A DNA stretch of 63,594 nt, filler included, from Collodictyon triciliatum (taxonomy: Eukaryota): the NCBI GenBank assembly GCA_043381765.1. It is 5 parts of 5 records of this genome, joined end to end, with 100 filler letters (N's around TTAATTAATTAA, not from the genome) between each part and the next. Parts side by side here need not be neighbours in the genome. Positions count along the whole stretch, not along the records: positions 34,379 to 53,176 come from JBHJMP010001338.1; positions 53,277 to 61,253 come from JBHJMP010001351.1; 3 more parts are not named here. One strand, written 5' to 3'. Position numbers and translations under genes: made by a program. The notes below the pieces were generated by a model that saw nothing but the letters and a program-made list of their open reading frames with translations, did not search any database and was not told the origin of the DNA. Positions 47,401 through 60,503 of the stretch are shown in pieces; within the stretch, counting starts at the first letter, position 1, and each line of letters starts with the position of its first letter.

Positions 47401-50400
47401 AAAACTGCGCAATACTTGGAATATCAGCAGAAAATTCTATAAAGGTAAGTAGTACACAATCAACACCTAAATTTACTCCTATGTTTTATGAGAATAATTT
47501 CTATTAGAAATAAAAATTTTTAACAATCAACACTTTGCCTCACTTTGTTCTATAGATTCAGCGGCTTCTTCAAAAACCCCACGAATTAAATCCTTAGCAT
47601 CCTGGAGATATTCCCCCGACATCGGGTCGCAAAGTAAACGACGAAAGTAATCGATATATGCTAGGTGTACTTGAGTGAGGTCATAGGATGATGAGAATGG
47701 TGCTGCGCTAGCTTTTTTGTAGACATCTAGATATTTGAAGAAATAAAATAAAATATCTCAGGATTATCTGGATTACATGTAATATGACCATTTTTAATAT
47801 GAGGAAGTGACAAGAGCGTTACTGATACATAGATAATATTCACGTTCAAATGATTTTTGCTTATATACAAGAAATGTGATATGGAAAACCTGTAATTTCT
47901 TCAAGAGGTTTTTGAAGCCTTTCCTATTAAATAAGTTTTTTTAAAATATATGAGATGGTCGTTAGGACGGTAGATACGGTGAAGAAGAAAAAAAACCCGT
48001 TCATTTCGATATATTAGCCTATTGGANNNNNNNNNNNNNNNNNNNNNNNNNNNNNNNNNNNNNNNNNNNNNNNNNNNNNNNNNNNNNNNNNNNNNNNNNN
48101 NNNNNNNNNNNNNNNNNNNNNNNNNNNNNNNNNNNNNNNNNNNNNNNNNNNNNNNNNNNNNNNNNNNNNNNNNNNNNNNNNNNNNNNNNNNNNNNNNNNN
48201 NNNNNNNNNNNNNNNNNNNNNNNNNNNNNNNNNNNNNNNNNNNNNNNNNNNNNNNNNNNNNNNNNNNNNNNNNNNNNNNNNNNNNNNNNNNNNNNNNNNN
48301 NNNNNNNNNNNNNNNNNNNNNNNNNNNNNNNNNNNNNNNNNNNNNNNNNNNNNNNNNNNNNNNNNNNNNNNNNNNNNNNNNNNNNNNNNNNNNNNNNNNN
48401 NNNNNNNNNNNNNNNNNNNNNNNNNNNNNNNNNNNNNNNNNNNNNNNNNNNNNNNNNNNNNNNNNNNNNNNNNNNNNNNNNNNNNNNNNNNNNNNNNNNN
48501 NNNNNNNNNNNNNNNNNNNNNNNNNNNNNNNNNNNNNNNNNNNNNNNNNNNNNNNNNNNNNNNNNNNNNNNNNNNNNNNNNNNNNNNNNNNNNNNNNNNN
48601 NNNNNNNNNNNNNNNNNNNNNNNNNNNNNNNNNNNNNNNNNNNNNNNNNNNNNNNNNNNNNNNNNNNNNNNNNNNNNNNNNNNNNNNNNNNNNNNNNNNN
48701 NNNNNNNNNNNNNNNNNNNNNNNNNNNNNNNNNNNNNNNNNNNNNNNNNNNNNNNNNNNNNNNNNNNNNNNNNNNNNNNNNNNNNNNNNNNNNNNNNNNN
48801 NNNNNNNNNNNNNNNNNNNNNNNNNNNNNNNNNNNNNNNNNNNNCCTGCGCAAGACTTGCGATATTTTCGATCTTTGATGTCTTCGAGTCGCTTTCATAT
48901 TGCTCCACAAGGAATGTCATATCTACTTGAAAGAGGGAGATGTGCTTGAAAAAATCATCAGCATGGTCGTTTTGATGAATATCTTCATTTGAAATAAAAG
49001 AGTAAGTGTCAAAAAAAAAAAAAAAAGAAAGATATAGCTAAGGAAGTGACGTACCACCGAATGGTACTAGTGCCATTCTGGAGTATATTTCAGCGACTTT
49101 ATCCATTTTGCTCTTGCTATACACAATCAGAATTAACTTCAACAAAAGAACGAATAAACGGATGATTGGGGGGGGGGGATTAACACAAGAAAAAGATAAA
49201 GTTATGAAAAATGTGCACATTTTTTCAGCATCTGGACTTTCTTCAGAAGAATAAATTGAGACGAGGTCTCTTTCGAATGCCAAGTATTCATCCCAAATAG
49301 ATTTTCCCTCGCGGATGTTCCAACCCATTGCTTCCAGAGCTACTTCGAATCCTTGCTCAACCTTGTGATATGAGTAGGGTATGGAATCTTATAAAAGCAA
49401 AAGAGTAACAACAGAGGACGCAGATCCCAAATATCATATATCAAGCCGCCTCTGCAACATTGCTTTTATAATTTTTATTCATCTTTCAGGTTCATATATA
49501 TAATTTTTTTGGAAGACTTGGATTACATCTTGCTCTTCAGCACCCTGATTCTCCCAGCACTTTTTTATGAAGTTTATGTGTCGCAGAAATACAGAAGGCA
49601 CTATAACACAGCGAAGAACGATGAAAACATTAAATCAAAATAAACCATTACCTCAGAATATGTGGTTTCCTTTACTTATTCGTACATAATATAAAATTAT
49701 GGAAACTAATAAACAAGTTAATTTTTGGACATAAGGCGCCCTGGATAGCTATACTTTAAGGTATATGTTTATGTTATGAATCTTTACGACATTAATTAAG
49801 ATGGGAGAAATCCCCAACTACAAGTTGACGTTTGGTTAAAATTAGATATATTGTACTTTTGTAGTCGGTGTGGGCAAAGTTAAAAAGCTCATAGAGCTTC
49901 ATAATGCTCTCGCCGTCGGTAAAATCAGTGCGGTTCTCCTCTTCGTCAAGCCATTCGGTCCACATCTCTATATTCAATCAAATGCATATTGACACATTGA
50001 AGATATTAGAGTTACAAGATTATTCATGTTTTGCACATAAAATACAAGGGCTCAATATAAGGAAGAGCCGAAAAAGTATGAAACTGTATATTGATATTAT
50101 GTTAATCGTTTGATTATCTGTTTATTTACGCTCGGTCAGGGGGTAATCTTTCAACATGGAGAAGCGTGCTCTCTTTGCTGCGACATGATCTTCAGAGTCT
50201 CGGTAATTTTGTATTTGCTCCAAGTGCTCTTCGTAGGTAAGATGCTCTGTCTATCGTTACATTACAGATACCATTTGTTTATTGTGTTTGTATTGTGTAT
50301 GTGCGAACGTGTATTTGTATTTGTATTGTATTGTATTGTATTGTATTGTATTGTATTGTATTGTATTGTATTGTATTGTATTGTATTGTATTGTATTGTA

Positions 50401-50475
50401 TTGTATTGTATTGTATTGTATTTGTCGCAGAAGGATAAGAACGTAGCATGTAGTGAGAGGACAGACTTCATCCAT
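44486..50475 (-). CDS. SART3: SART3/Prp24 (p110) U4/U6 recycling factor: HAT repeats, RRM and C-terminal LSm-interacting motif; N gap 48027-48844 inside
   Basis: YPLTE-MWTEWLDEE, GWNIREGKSIWDEYLAFE, RRM STIFVRHIDF...LKGRKLEVALSDP, FMVPSSV, and the terminal LSNSDFRNLLFKGA* (SNxDFR LSm motif). Start codon uncertain. Confidence 0.88.
45203..45254 (+). mobile_element. Micro retro-insertion, family A (insert 45217-45240), with perfect 14-bp TSD, in SART3 intron
   Basis: atttatcatatagt [tgaattgaataaagggaaaaaaac] atttatcatatagt. Confidence 0.8.
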
Positions 50476-50538
50476 CGGTTCTGCAACAGGATAGAGGGCC
50501 AAACGAGCTATATGAATTTGTAAAAGAACTTAGTCGTA

Positions 50539-50574
<36 letters not shown>

Positions 50575-51017
50575 CCATCTATCGAACAACACAAAAGTTG
50601 GGTTCTCTATAGCTGGGCTATTCTCGAAAATATTAGGTGGTGGGACACCATCACAGCATCGACTTATTCAAGTGTTTGTTACTACCCTATCTTTTTTTCT
50701 CTGCCGATAAATGTTTTGCTTTTATTTTATTTTATTTTTTACAAAATATAATATGTACGTAGCATCCTCAATATCATAGTGCTTTTTGGGTGAACAACAA
50801 CCGCGGCACGCCGTGCGTCGTGTTCGCGAAGTAAGCCGCAGACGAGAAAGCTTAAGAACGGGAAGACACAGGAATATAAGTTCACATGTTCGTTTATTCA
50901 TCCAAATATACTAAATTGGAATAAGTTGAATTTGATGCCGCGTCTCCGCACTAAGGTTGCTTTACTCACTTGTGGTGGCCGCCTTCCAGAGCAGAGAAAA
51001 AGGGCGAGTCAGTGGAT

Positions 51018-52649
51018 TCAAGAGTAATACATAATAGCCCACGTCATGGAGAGAATACAATTAATTGACCAGATGAATAAGAGCACCTTGTTCATAGGTT
51101 TCCATGCCTCAAAGTCACTTTTTCTGATATTTCCTTTTCTTATTTCGTAAGATAGGGTGGCGATGTCAGAGATAATTTCAAATGAAAACTGAATGATTAT
51201 TTGATAAAAGCATTCACGAAACGACTTAATCGGAAGTATCTTGGATTTTTTTGCTAAGGGGTAGGCAAAATACATGAGTAAGGGTGCAAATATAATGGAA
51301 TATACTTCTGAAACAATCCCATCGTAAAGATATTGCGCTCGAAATATCAAAGCTTCATCAATAAACTCTTTCTCTTGATTACCAATCGACTGACTTTCTG
51401 GCTTGCTCTCATCTTCACTGCTTTGGTTCCTCTGCGTACCTCCAGTGGGGGTTATAGGTTTTAGTTTTCTTGATTTGCATGAACGCATAAACCTCGCAAT
51501 TATTACACTCATTACAGACTGGCTTATAAATACCAACTTCATCCGAAGCTTAAATGTTACCGTCAAAAGCAGCTCAATCAAAGCCGCCACAAAGTTGACC
51601 AAAATGAATTCATACGATATTGCGCCATCCGTGGATAAATTCGAGACTAAGACTCGCCCTAGCAATTGAATGTAGTGATTACATAATTTATTTGCTATCA
51701 ATCTCTTGTCCATATGCTCTCTAGATAAATTGTAAATTAGCCTAATTTGAATCCAGTTGGATAGATTGAAACATATCGGGAACACTATAAACCGAAATAT
51801 CAGCTGAGTAAATAAAGACGACTCCAAGTACAAATTCAAGATATTTCGAAAGAAAAAAACAACAAGAATGTAAAACGCCAATAGTCCTTTCAACATGCCA
51901 GAAGCAGATCCGTCTTTAGTCAACTTGTAAAGCTCCTCTTGCTTTTTTGTAGCTTTTTCTGGTTTTTTCGACTTGAATATTAGAAATAACCCAACTCCAA
52001 TCCAAAAGAATTGATTAAACCGTATGACATTCACAAAAGCCGTGTTATCTTTGAGCCATAGATTAAGCGAACTATCTAGTACGTATCCTGGAATCAAAGC
52101 ATAGATAAATGAGTTCTTTGACTGGTGGAAGCCAAATATCTCAACTGCAGCTAATCCTATAGAAGCCCAGAATGTGGGTGACCATGTAAACTCTTGCATT
52201 TTTTCGTATAAAACATTCTTTATTATTTCAAGTACCCTGGGTGATAAAACGACTGCAGGCAAGAAATAAATCCATATAAAGAATAGATTTGCCGAAAGGG
52301 TTGGTGCTATCATCAGTACAGTTTTGAAACAAATTATATATGCTTCCTTACATGATAAACTCCATGATATTTGATCGCTTGTGGAAGGTTCTATTTCCTC
52401 TGGCAAGAATGCATTTTCATGGAAGATCTCATCTGCTCTGTCCATATCTACGCATTGCAGCTCTACTCCGATGCTTTCATTAGTTGGTTTACTGAAACAA
52501 TCAAGTTCTGTGCTCTGCGATTGGCTGACTTGGTACTCGTTTAGTCTGTTGGTCGGTTGCTTTTTGTTGCATGATTCGTTATCCTGGACCAGATGAAGTG
52601 GATCAAAGGGAATTTCGTTGTCCTTAGACGCCTCTATATCCTCTTTCAT
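51018..52649 (-). CDS. Intronless 543-aa polytopic membrane protein of unknown function
   Basis: Long uninterrupted ORF with an acidic N-terminus and about 10 hydrophobic segments; no family motif recognised. Confidence 0.75.
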   Translation of the reverse strand: MKEDIEASKDNEIPFDPLHLVQDNESCNKKQPTNRLNEYQVSQSQSTELDCFSKPTNESIGVELQCVDMDRADEIFHENAFLPEEIEPSTSDQISWSLSCKEAYIICFKTVLMIAPTLSANLFFIWIYFLPAVVLSPRVLEIIKNVLYEKMQEFTWSPTFWASIGLAAVEIFGFHQSKNSFIYALIPGYVLDSSLNLWLKDNTAFVNVIRFNQFFWIGVGLFLIFKSKKPEKATKKQEELYKLTKDGSASGMLKGLLAFYILVVFFFRNILNLYLESSLFTQLIFRFIVFPICFNLSNWIQIRLIYNLSREHMDKRLIANKLCNHYIQLLGRVLVSNLSTDGAISYEFILVNFVAALIELLLTVTFKLRMKLVFISQSVMSVIIARFMRSCKSRKLKPITPTGGTQRNQSSEDESKPESQSIGNQEKEFIDEALIFRAQYLYDGIVSEVYSIIFAPLLMYFAYPLAKKSKILPIKSFRECFYQIIIQFSFEIISDIATLSYEIRKGNIRKSDFEAWKPMNKVLLFIWSINCILSMTWAIMYYS

Positions 52650-53176
52650 GACTAAGGGACAATTTCAAGTGGTTAAGACGAAACAAAACTTTAAGTTTCA
52701 GATATTTTCTTTACGTTTGTGTGGAAAGTTTCATTGTTTTTGTTTTGGCTTTATGGCTTATTGTTTTTTTGGATTTTTGGCTTTTTGGCTTTTTGGCTTT
52801 TTGGCTTTGGGCGCCCAACTCATTTTATTTTCTTCGTAGAATATCCTTGGGGCACCATCCAACTAGCGCGTTCCCATATTCCCAAACCACATCGACATAA
52901 ACCTGCCTTGTCGATTTTTGTGACAATCAGGAAATTAAAGGTGAGCAAACGAAATTATGTCGGGGTTTTGGTGAAATGCGCGTATCCCCAAAGCTACGGA
53001 AAGAACTGTGAAATTTTAAATGAAAAGGTAGATAAGCAAACAGGTTCTACTTCGATATGCTGACGACACAGCATTCATCTTGCGGTCTCCCGAAGGCGCC
53101 ACACTCGCCAACAAATGCATGCAAGAATACACACGAGCTGTCGGCGGGAAAATCAACTATGACAAGACAGATGGAA

Positions 53177-53276
53177 NNNNNNNNNNNNNNNNNNNNNNNN
53201 NNNNNNNNNNNNNNNNNNNNTTAATTAATTAANNNNNNNNNNNNNNNNNNNNNNNNNNNNNNNNNNNNNNNNNNNN
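53177..53276. other. Artificial contig linker N44-TTAATTAATTAA-N44
   Basis: Same 100-bp linker. Confidence 0.97.
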
Positions 53277-56200
53277 AATTGTGACAAACAGCTGACCGAA
53301 TTACCAGCTCTATTATCTGCGATGACGTCAATCCACTTTCTAGACATCTCCATGAACCAGGCAACTTAAATTACACTTATTCGTTTCATTTATCAGAGTT
53401 ATGTTTTACATTCATGTTTAGATTATATCAATAACCCCTTTATTTTTTAAGATAACCGAATATCCTGATTGGCTCGGCAACATGATTCAAATTAGATCGC
53501 TCAATATCTCTCAATGCCAGGTATTTTTGATTAACTTATCACTCATCAAACTATTACGCGATTAACCTCTTGATTAGCTGTAACTAACCCGCACTGCAGC
53601 TTTCCAAGGTTCCAGAGCCAATTGCAAGACTCGAAAATCTCAAAAATCTGGATATATCCCACAACCTAGTTAGTGATTTTTTCATTCATGCATTCAATAT
53701 ATAATACAAAATAATTATATATAACATATGAAATGACAAAGATTAATAAATTAAAAACACATTATTTAAAAAAACCATCAATGCTCGTTTATCTTTATAT
53801 ACCTATTGAACACATACTTTTACTGAAGTAAAAAGTATCATTAATCATATGTATTTTTGCATGTAGATTGAAGTATTGCCACCTTTCTTGGGTAAAATTC
53901 CGACCTTGAGAAGTGGGCTCAAAATCGGTGGAAACCCAATCAAGAACGTGCCCCAGAACGTCCTTCAACGAGGCTCTGAGGACACGTTTGACTATCTTTT
54001 GGCATTACTTGAGGGCAAAACTTTGAATATTGAGGGGCGAATTCTATTACTCGGTGAGGGCGAGGCTGGAAAAACCACGCTGCGAGAATCATTGAAACAG
54101 GACAACCCCAAGGGTTTCAAATCAACTGTAGATGCCAACCGAAACAGAACAGATGGGATCGAGATTGAGAAAGGTTCCATTATCCTCAACTACCTAGAGC
54201 AGAATATCCATGCAAATATTTGGGACTTTGGCGGCCAGGACATATTCCACGCGACTCATTCGTTCTTTTTATCTGGAAATGCTCTTACGCTTATCGTGTA
54301 CAATATGAATGAACAACCCTTCCTTTCGAGTGTTTCACAGTGGCTTAATATGATTTCATATTTCTGCTCTGGGGCAAAAGTGATAATTGTGGGAACTCAC
54401 TTGGACAAATTCCAAACGAAGGAAGAATGTCACGATGCGACAGAGAAATGTAATGAGGAATACCAGAAACTGAAAGCTCTAGATTACTACAAGGGTAAAA
54501 TTGAGTTTTGTGGACATTTTACGACAAGCAATCAAACTGGAGCCAATATTTTTGAATTGAAAAGGGAGATTCATACTCAGCTTCTGGAACTTCCAAACGT
54601 TGGAAAATTCATTCCAAAACAATATAATGACCTAAAAGAAACCCTTGCGGATTGGAAAAAACAACAACACCTCTCAGTGTCCATAAAAAAAGATGTTTAT
54701 CCCGCGGCTACAGAATTAGGAATTAATCCTGCATCTACAGAGTCGGCACTTCGCTTCCTTGCAGACATGGGGATCGTTGTTTGGAGCGAAAAGAGTGAAA
54801 ACATACGCGATACAGTGTTTCTCAACCCAGAGATACTCATTTCTTGTTTTCGTGGAGTTTTCAATCTCAAAAGCAGCAGAACTTCTGATTCTCAAGCAGA
54901 AACCGACCCGAACGAAATCAGAGGTATATTTGAGGAAAGGACGCTCCAAGAAACACTAGATAAGACCATTCGGTCACAGTTGAAATCTATTTTACCATCT
55001 CTGATACCAAAGTTCACAAAACGAATAATGAAGCTCTTTTGTGATTACAAGCTCGCCTATTATATTGGAAAGTCCAAGATTATATTCCCCATTCTCGTGC
55101 GCGATGAAGAACCTCCCGATACTTGGATTGCCGATTTTTCTAGTGTCAAGGAGGCTGTTCATTATTTAATTGAATATCGTAGTGAAATTCCTAAAAATGA
55201 CATTAGTCATATAATTGGTGACATTGTGGCAAAGCTTAATATCACGTCTGGTACTTTGCCACAATGCTTGTTTCTGAGTAAGCAGCGGTTAATATTTCCA
55301 TTTTCGTTGACTCGTGTCGACGATTACAGACTAGTGATGAAGGAGAACAATTACAGTAATGATTTTACTGCCTTCATCCACTTTTTGCCTATGCACGAGC
55401 GTCAGGTACGACTCTTTGCCTATATTGTGAAAATATTCCATCAATTTTTTAACTTGTATTTTCTTAGCAAAATACTTAACAGTTCGAATTTTCTTTAGGA
55501 AAATGGGCAACCAAAATACATCAGGTTGCCGAGTACCCAAAAGATTATCGTCATAGTGAAAACTACGAAAGAAAACTGTTGCACGATTGATTCCACCAAC
55601 TACATTGTCAATCAATTAATAAAATCCAAAGTTGGGATGGATGTCAAGTTGGAAGGCGTAATGTGCCCAAAATGCATCGAAAAGTTTCAAAGTGGCAAGG
55701 GAATTAGAGAGCATGTCTCATTACTGATGCCCAAATATACAACGACAGTTGAATCTGGAGTATTGTTGACCCTAGGCACAGACAATGCATCTCCTAATCG
55801 CGAATTTCATTCTCATCTGGGTGGATGGAGTCCATTTCATCTCAGTGCCAAATGCAGTTTCGGTGCACATGAAATTAAGCAAGCTGAATATATGAGACTT
55901 AAGCTTCCCAGTAGCGCTTTGCGTCTCAATTATTCTGGGACAGTGCTCGAGCAGAGAGGAATAATTGGTATCGAAAACAGGGAGATATACATTTTCCTCT
56001 CGTCAACTTTTCAGGATATGATAGAGCTTCGAGAGAGCTTCGTTAGATATGCTAAGCCAAGGTAAGCCTTAAAACAATCCATCCAACAAAGTATTGCCCT
56101 ACTCATAAACACAGACCTGACGTACCGAATCAAAACTAGAATAATAACTGATGCTGAGAAGCTCGGTGTTCGTGTTAGATTCATCGATTTAAGATGGGGT

Positions 56201-59149
56201 GTTTCGATTGAAGAATCGGAAAATGGAAAAGTAATATTGTTGCCTACACAAATTCGCTAAATATTATTAACAAAACAACCCTTACTATGACTTAAGTTTT
56301 ATCCGTGCTTACTCATCAACAAAAATTGTTTCACAGACGATGCAAAAATGTCTTGAAGGTGTAAGAGACTCAAAATATTTTGTTTGCTTCTTGGGTTCCA
56401 GGTTAAAAGATGATGGTTTTAGATCTCATTTTTATAATTGTAACGGTTTTGGGTACGCTCTTATTGTATACTAAATTTCATCTGCAGGTATGGATGGATT
56501 CCAAGTAGAAACGATTCAAAACAATGGAACAGAAAAATAGAGACTGATTTTCCGTGGGTGAAGGCTTATTCAGAGGCCAGCGCTACAGAGCTGGAAGTAT
56601 GCAAGAAAGATACTTGCTTTGCTTATTTTTACTTAAAAAAAAAGTGTTGCAACACGATTCTTTTTTTAAAACAACAATCAAAAACCTGAAGATTCGAGCT
56701 GCTGGCTTCATAGAACAGCCCTACGCCCATCGCATATTCTTTTACCAGAAAACAGGAGTAATTTCCTCTTTTTGGAGCCAACTTTTCTATGATATTCACA
56801 TCATCAATATTTTGCGATATTCAATTAAGTCCAAATTTATCTATTTCCTTTCCAAACTATTGCACTGATGGGTAAATATATTTATACGTAACAAGGGAGA
56901 AAACTCGGACCAACCGGATAGCCAGAAGCAACAAAAATTGATTTCTAGCATCGAAGCCCGTTATCCAGTATTTAAGTTTGGCGTTGAGGAAGTCCATAAA
57001 CTCATCCAAACAACCAAAACCCACTTGATCAACGCCTTGCGAGAAGACTTTAGGGTATATTTTTTCGTTTTATCATTGTAATTTAGTTAATATGGTATGG
57101 ATGCCATTTTGTCACCCATATTTTTTAATATGCCATTCATCTAATCAGGGACCAAGTCCGCGCAATTTTGCAACTTGCATCGAGCAGGTTGATTTTATTT
57201 ATTGATTGTTGATTGATTTAGGAAAAATTTTCTGATAACACTCCCTGTCCAAACAAATATCTCGTAAATAAGATTGGATATCAAACTTTGGAACCTGAGG
57301 CTGTGGTGGCGCGCATAGAGTCCTGTTGTGAAATGTATTCCAAAAAATTATCTGAAGAACAAAACCGAATATTGAAAGATGGAATTCAGGAAAATTCGTC
57401 ATTACGTAATCCACTATCTCGAATAATTGCAACTAATAATATTACTCGTTTTTTTTAAAAAAAAAATCGTAATTTCTAATTAATATTTGAATTGCTTTAG
57501 GCAAACCCAACATGCTGCGTCTGGCTTTATCAGAGCTCATTGATTTCGGTGCGTTTGAAAAGCTGGGTTTCTTACTTCGAGATATAACATCACGAGCGAA
57601 TTTAGGAGATGAAAAGCTACTGGAATTCATAGTAGGCAACTACGAAGATCATTATGGTACGCTTTACAAGATTATTCCCTACGTTACAAAACGCCGCATA
57701 AATTCAATTTTACTATAATCATTCTTAATTGACATGCCACTAATTCAACGCAGGGCCGCTCGTTAAGCAAACTTTCAGAAATTTATTGGTTACAAAGATT
57801 GGTCTTTGTCTCGACTCTCACAAACAAGTCCAGCCGGGGAGAAGTCAGCAAGAATCCAGCAATTCAAAATGGTGATTAAATTATTCTTTTAAACGCAAAG
57901 AGATATTGCAGATAATCTGGATATTGTCATGCCATCTTATTTTGAAATTTGGGCACGCATTTTTCAAAAGAAAACTATTATGTTTACAAATAAATAACAG
58001 TGATGCACTTGTCGCTATATTGGAACATTTTGGATTTATTCAGTTGAAGGATGAAAGGTTTTACTATTCATTCTCATTTATTATAATCCGATTTATTATG
58101 AATAGATGTTGCGTAATTAAAAATCTACTCTGATTCACAATTTTAACTATTAGATACGTTTTTACGAATGACGGGATTCTGCGCCCATTTTTAGAAAAAA
58201 AGTATCTCGGTTCAAAACCGCAATCATATGGGGCCTGGCAAGATTACATCGACCTACTGATGTATGAGATAAAATCATGCCCAAACATTGGAGAAATAGG
58301 CACCAAACTTGTTAATGAATTGCTTCGCAGCTACGAGAAACTGTTTCTTAATGCAGAGGATTATCTGGATGGCCAGCAGAATAAATTTATAGGATTCTTG
58401 GGTGAACCGAACGTCGTCATCGTATTAAAATGTACTGCAAACGGTATAGTCCAACGTATTCACCAGAATCCAGATGCATTCAAGTTTGAGAGTAGTGAAG
58501 AATTATGGAAGGCGGCCATAATGGTAGGGTTTGCATAAGTAAAAAAAAAGTGGTAAAATAGTATTTTTAACGTCCTTAACATTAAATATGCTCAGAAATC
58601 AAAACATGCAGCCGCCTATTTACCAATGTATTTGGAGAGTGAAATAAGTTTAAGGAAAATGCTGTATGATTGTCTCATCGAAAAGACAAACGAACTCTAT
58701 GCCCCAAGCATGCAAGACTCAGGTTTGTTATTTTCTCTCCACTAGTGAGGTATTTACTCAATAAACTCCCACTTTCTTGAAGACAATAGGGTGTCAAACG
58801 CACGCTAGTGATGTTTAGTATGTTTTAAAAAAAATTAATGCGCCATAGGTGATATTGACTTACTGGATAAGACATACACTTGCCTTCGTTCTTTAGCTTC
58901 TAAACTTGAACTGTAATATTTCGACTGTTGTTACGCAATATTCACACATCAATGTTGATATTAGTTGAATAAAAGTAAGCTAGTTTTTACAAGAATTTGT
59001 ATTTTAGCTTAATCTTTCTCCTTTCTCTTTTAAGGTCAACCGAAATAAAGCAATTTGAGCAGAAAATCAAAGAATTAAAGGAGCAATCACTTCAACTGCG
59101 ATTAAAGGAGCACGGAATCTTGACTCCTGAGAACACAAGTAAAGACTAG
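53277..59149 (+). CDS. Roco protein: LRR - Roc GTPase - COR - DUF4062-like domain - NPHP3-like helical region; 5' truncated
   Basis: LRR exons; G1 GEGEAGKTT, G2 RTDGIEI, G3 WDFGGQ, G4 VGTHLD; COR ALRFLADMGIVV...VFLNPEIL; then IYIFLSSTFQDMIELR, FIDLRWGV, YFVCFLGSR-YGWIP, SATELE; stop at 59147-59149. Confidence 0.88.
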
Positions 59150-59846
59150 TTCGAAACTTGTCCCCTTTGGAATCCTTCCTATTCCTCCAAAAGGTGAATC
59201 CCTTCTTATCACCACATTACTACCTAACTTTTTTTTTTTTATAAAAAGACAATAATATTTAATTTCTTCTTTATATTAAGAATGAATTGAATAACACAGC
59301 AAACAAATTATATAAAAGATGGAGGCATACAATCATATGTATATGCCTAAATTGGAAGCTGAGTTACACTTTATTGTTTTTTTCTTTGTTTGTACTGGTG
59401 GTCGCGATAACGATTAATCTTTAAAATATGTGCGTTGTTCACTGATTTTAACGTATCAAATATAAATATTAAGTGACGTGAGAAGAAGAGGAAACGAATC
59501 ATTCTTCCAACGATGTACCAAGTGAGCATAAAAGTATGGCTATGACAAAATAGCCTCCATCAGATGTTAGGCTCAGCCTTGCAGAAATAACGTCCAAAGC
59601 TTATTCGTTCAATTTTAAGAAAATACATCCAAATCACCCTTATCACAATTTCAATACTTTTTTCTACCTCAATCATTCATTTTTCAGGGGTTTTCAGCAT
59701 TTGCTTTTTCCCGTCCATAAAAATCTACAAACATATACCTTTTTTTTTGCTTTTACCACTTAAAGCATACATCGAGCACAGAATAAAGATAATAATAATA
59801 ATAAAAATAAAAATAAAAAACAGTTGAACACTTCATTCCTTTTATT

Positions 59847-60503
59847 TTGGCAAAAGCTGGCAAAGTCTCCCAACGATGCACACTTTGCAGCAACGGTGAT
59901 GAATCCATTGAGCACACATTTGTGCAATGTCCCTCCGCTCAAAACCTGCGCGAAACAGCCGGTGAGATTCTCCGACTAACACTCAAGACGGCTGCGGCTG
60001 TTGACCCAATCCAGGCGATATTTGGGCCTCTGCAACAGCTGCGTCCAGATGCGAAAACATTCTGGGCAGTGACGCGAGGCCATTTGGTATGGACTATGTG
60101 GATAGCACGCATATACTCACGCAAAGCAAGATTCAACAACCAGCCACCCATTCCTGATAATAGGCTGAATGACATCATACAAATCTCTTTCCTCAATAGC
60201 TTTCTTCGCCACCTGCACGTTCTCTACTACTCCGACCCCGTGAGAAGAGACATGTGGAAAGAGGCTGAGAAGGACATTAAACCTCGCCTTGTATCTCTCA
60301 TGCAAGCGCAAGACCCAGGCTACAGGCCAAACCGCAGGATGCAATTCCTGATAACCGACTACTTCTCCGCCACCCGGCCACCAAGTAGCGTCCGTGCAAA
60401 CGATGATTAGGTGGCATATTCTGCACCATCGTCTTTATTGACGCGGAAAGAACATCATCTATTAATCGCGTGTTAGTCATCACAAAGCAACGCCCTTGAC
60501 AGG
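59847..60503 (+). mobile_element. 5'-truncated L1/Tx1-like LINE fragment (ORF2 C-terminal CCHC zinc finger, zf-RVT) plus 3' UTR
   Basis: CTLCSNGDESIEHTFVQCP followed by W...LVWTMWIAR...FNN, typical of L1-clade ORF2 C-termini. Intronless and GC-richer than its flanks. Possible 9-bp TSD ttattttgg at 59842 and 60504 (weak). Confidence 0.82.

Noticed and set aside
47901-48930. Long ORFs spanning 47901-48930 (also 3091-3822)
   Set aside because: Artefacts of N gaps translated as X.
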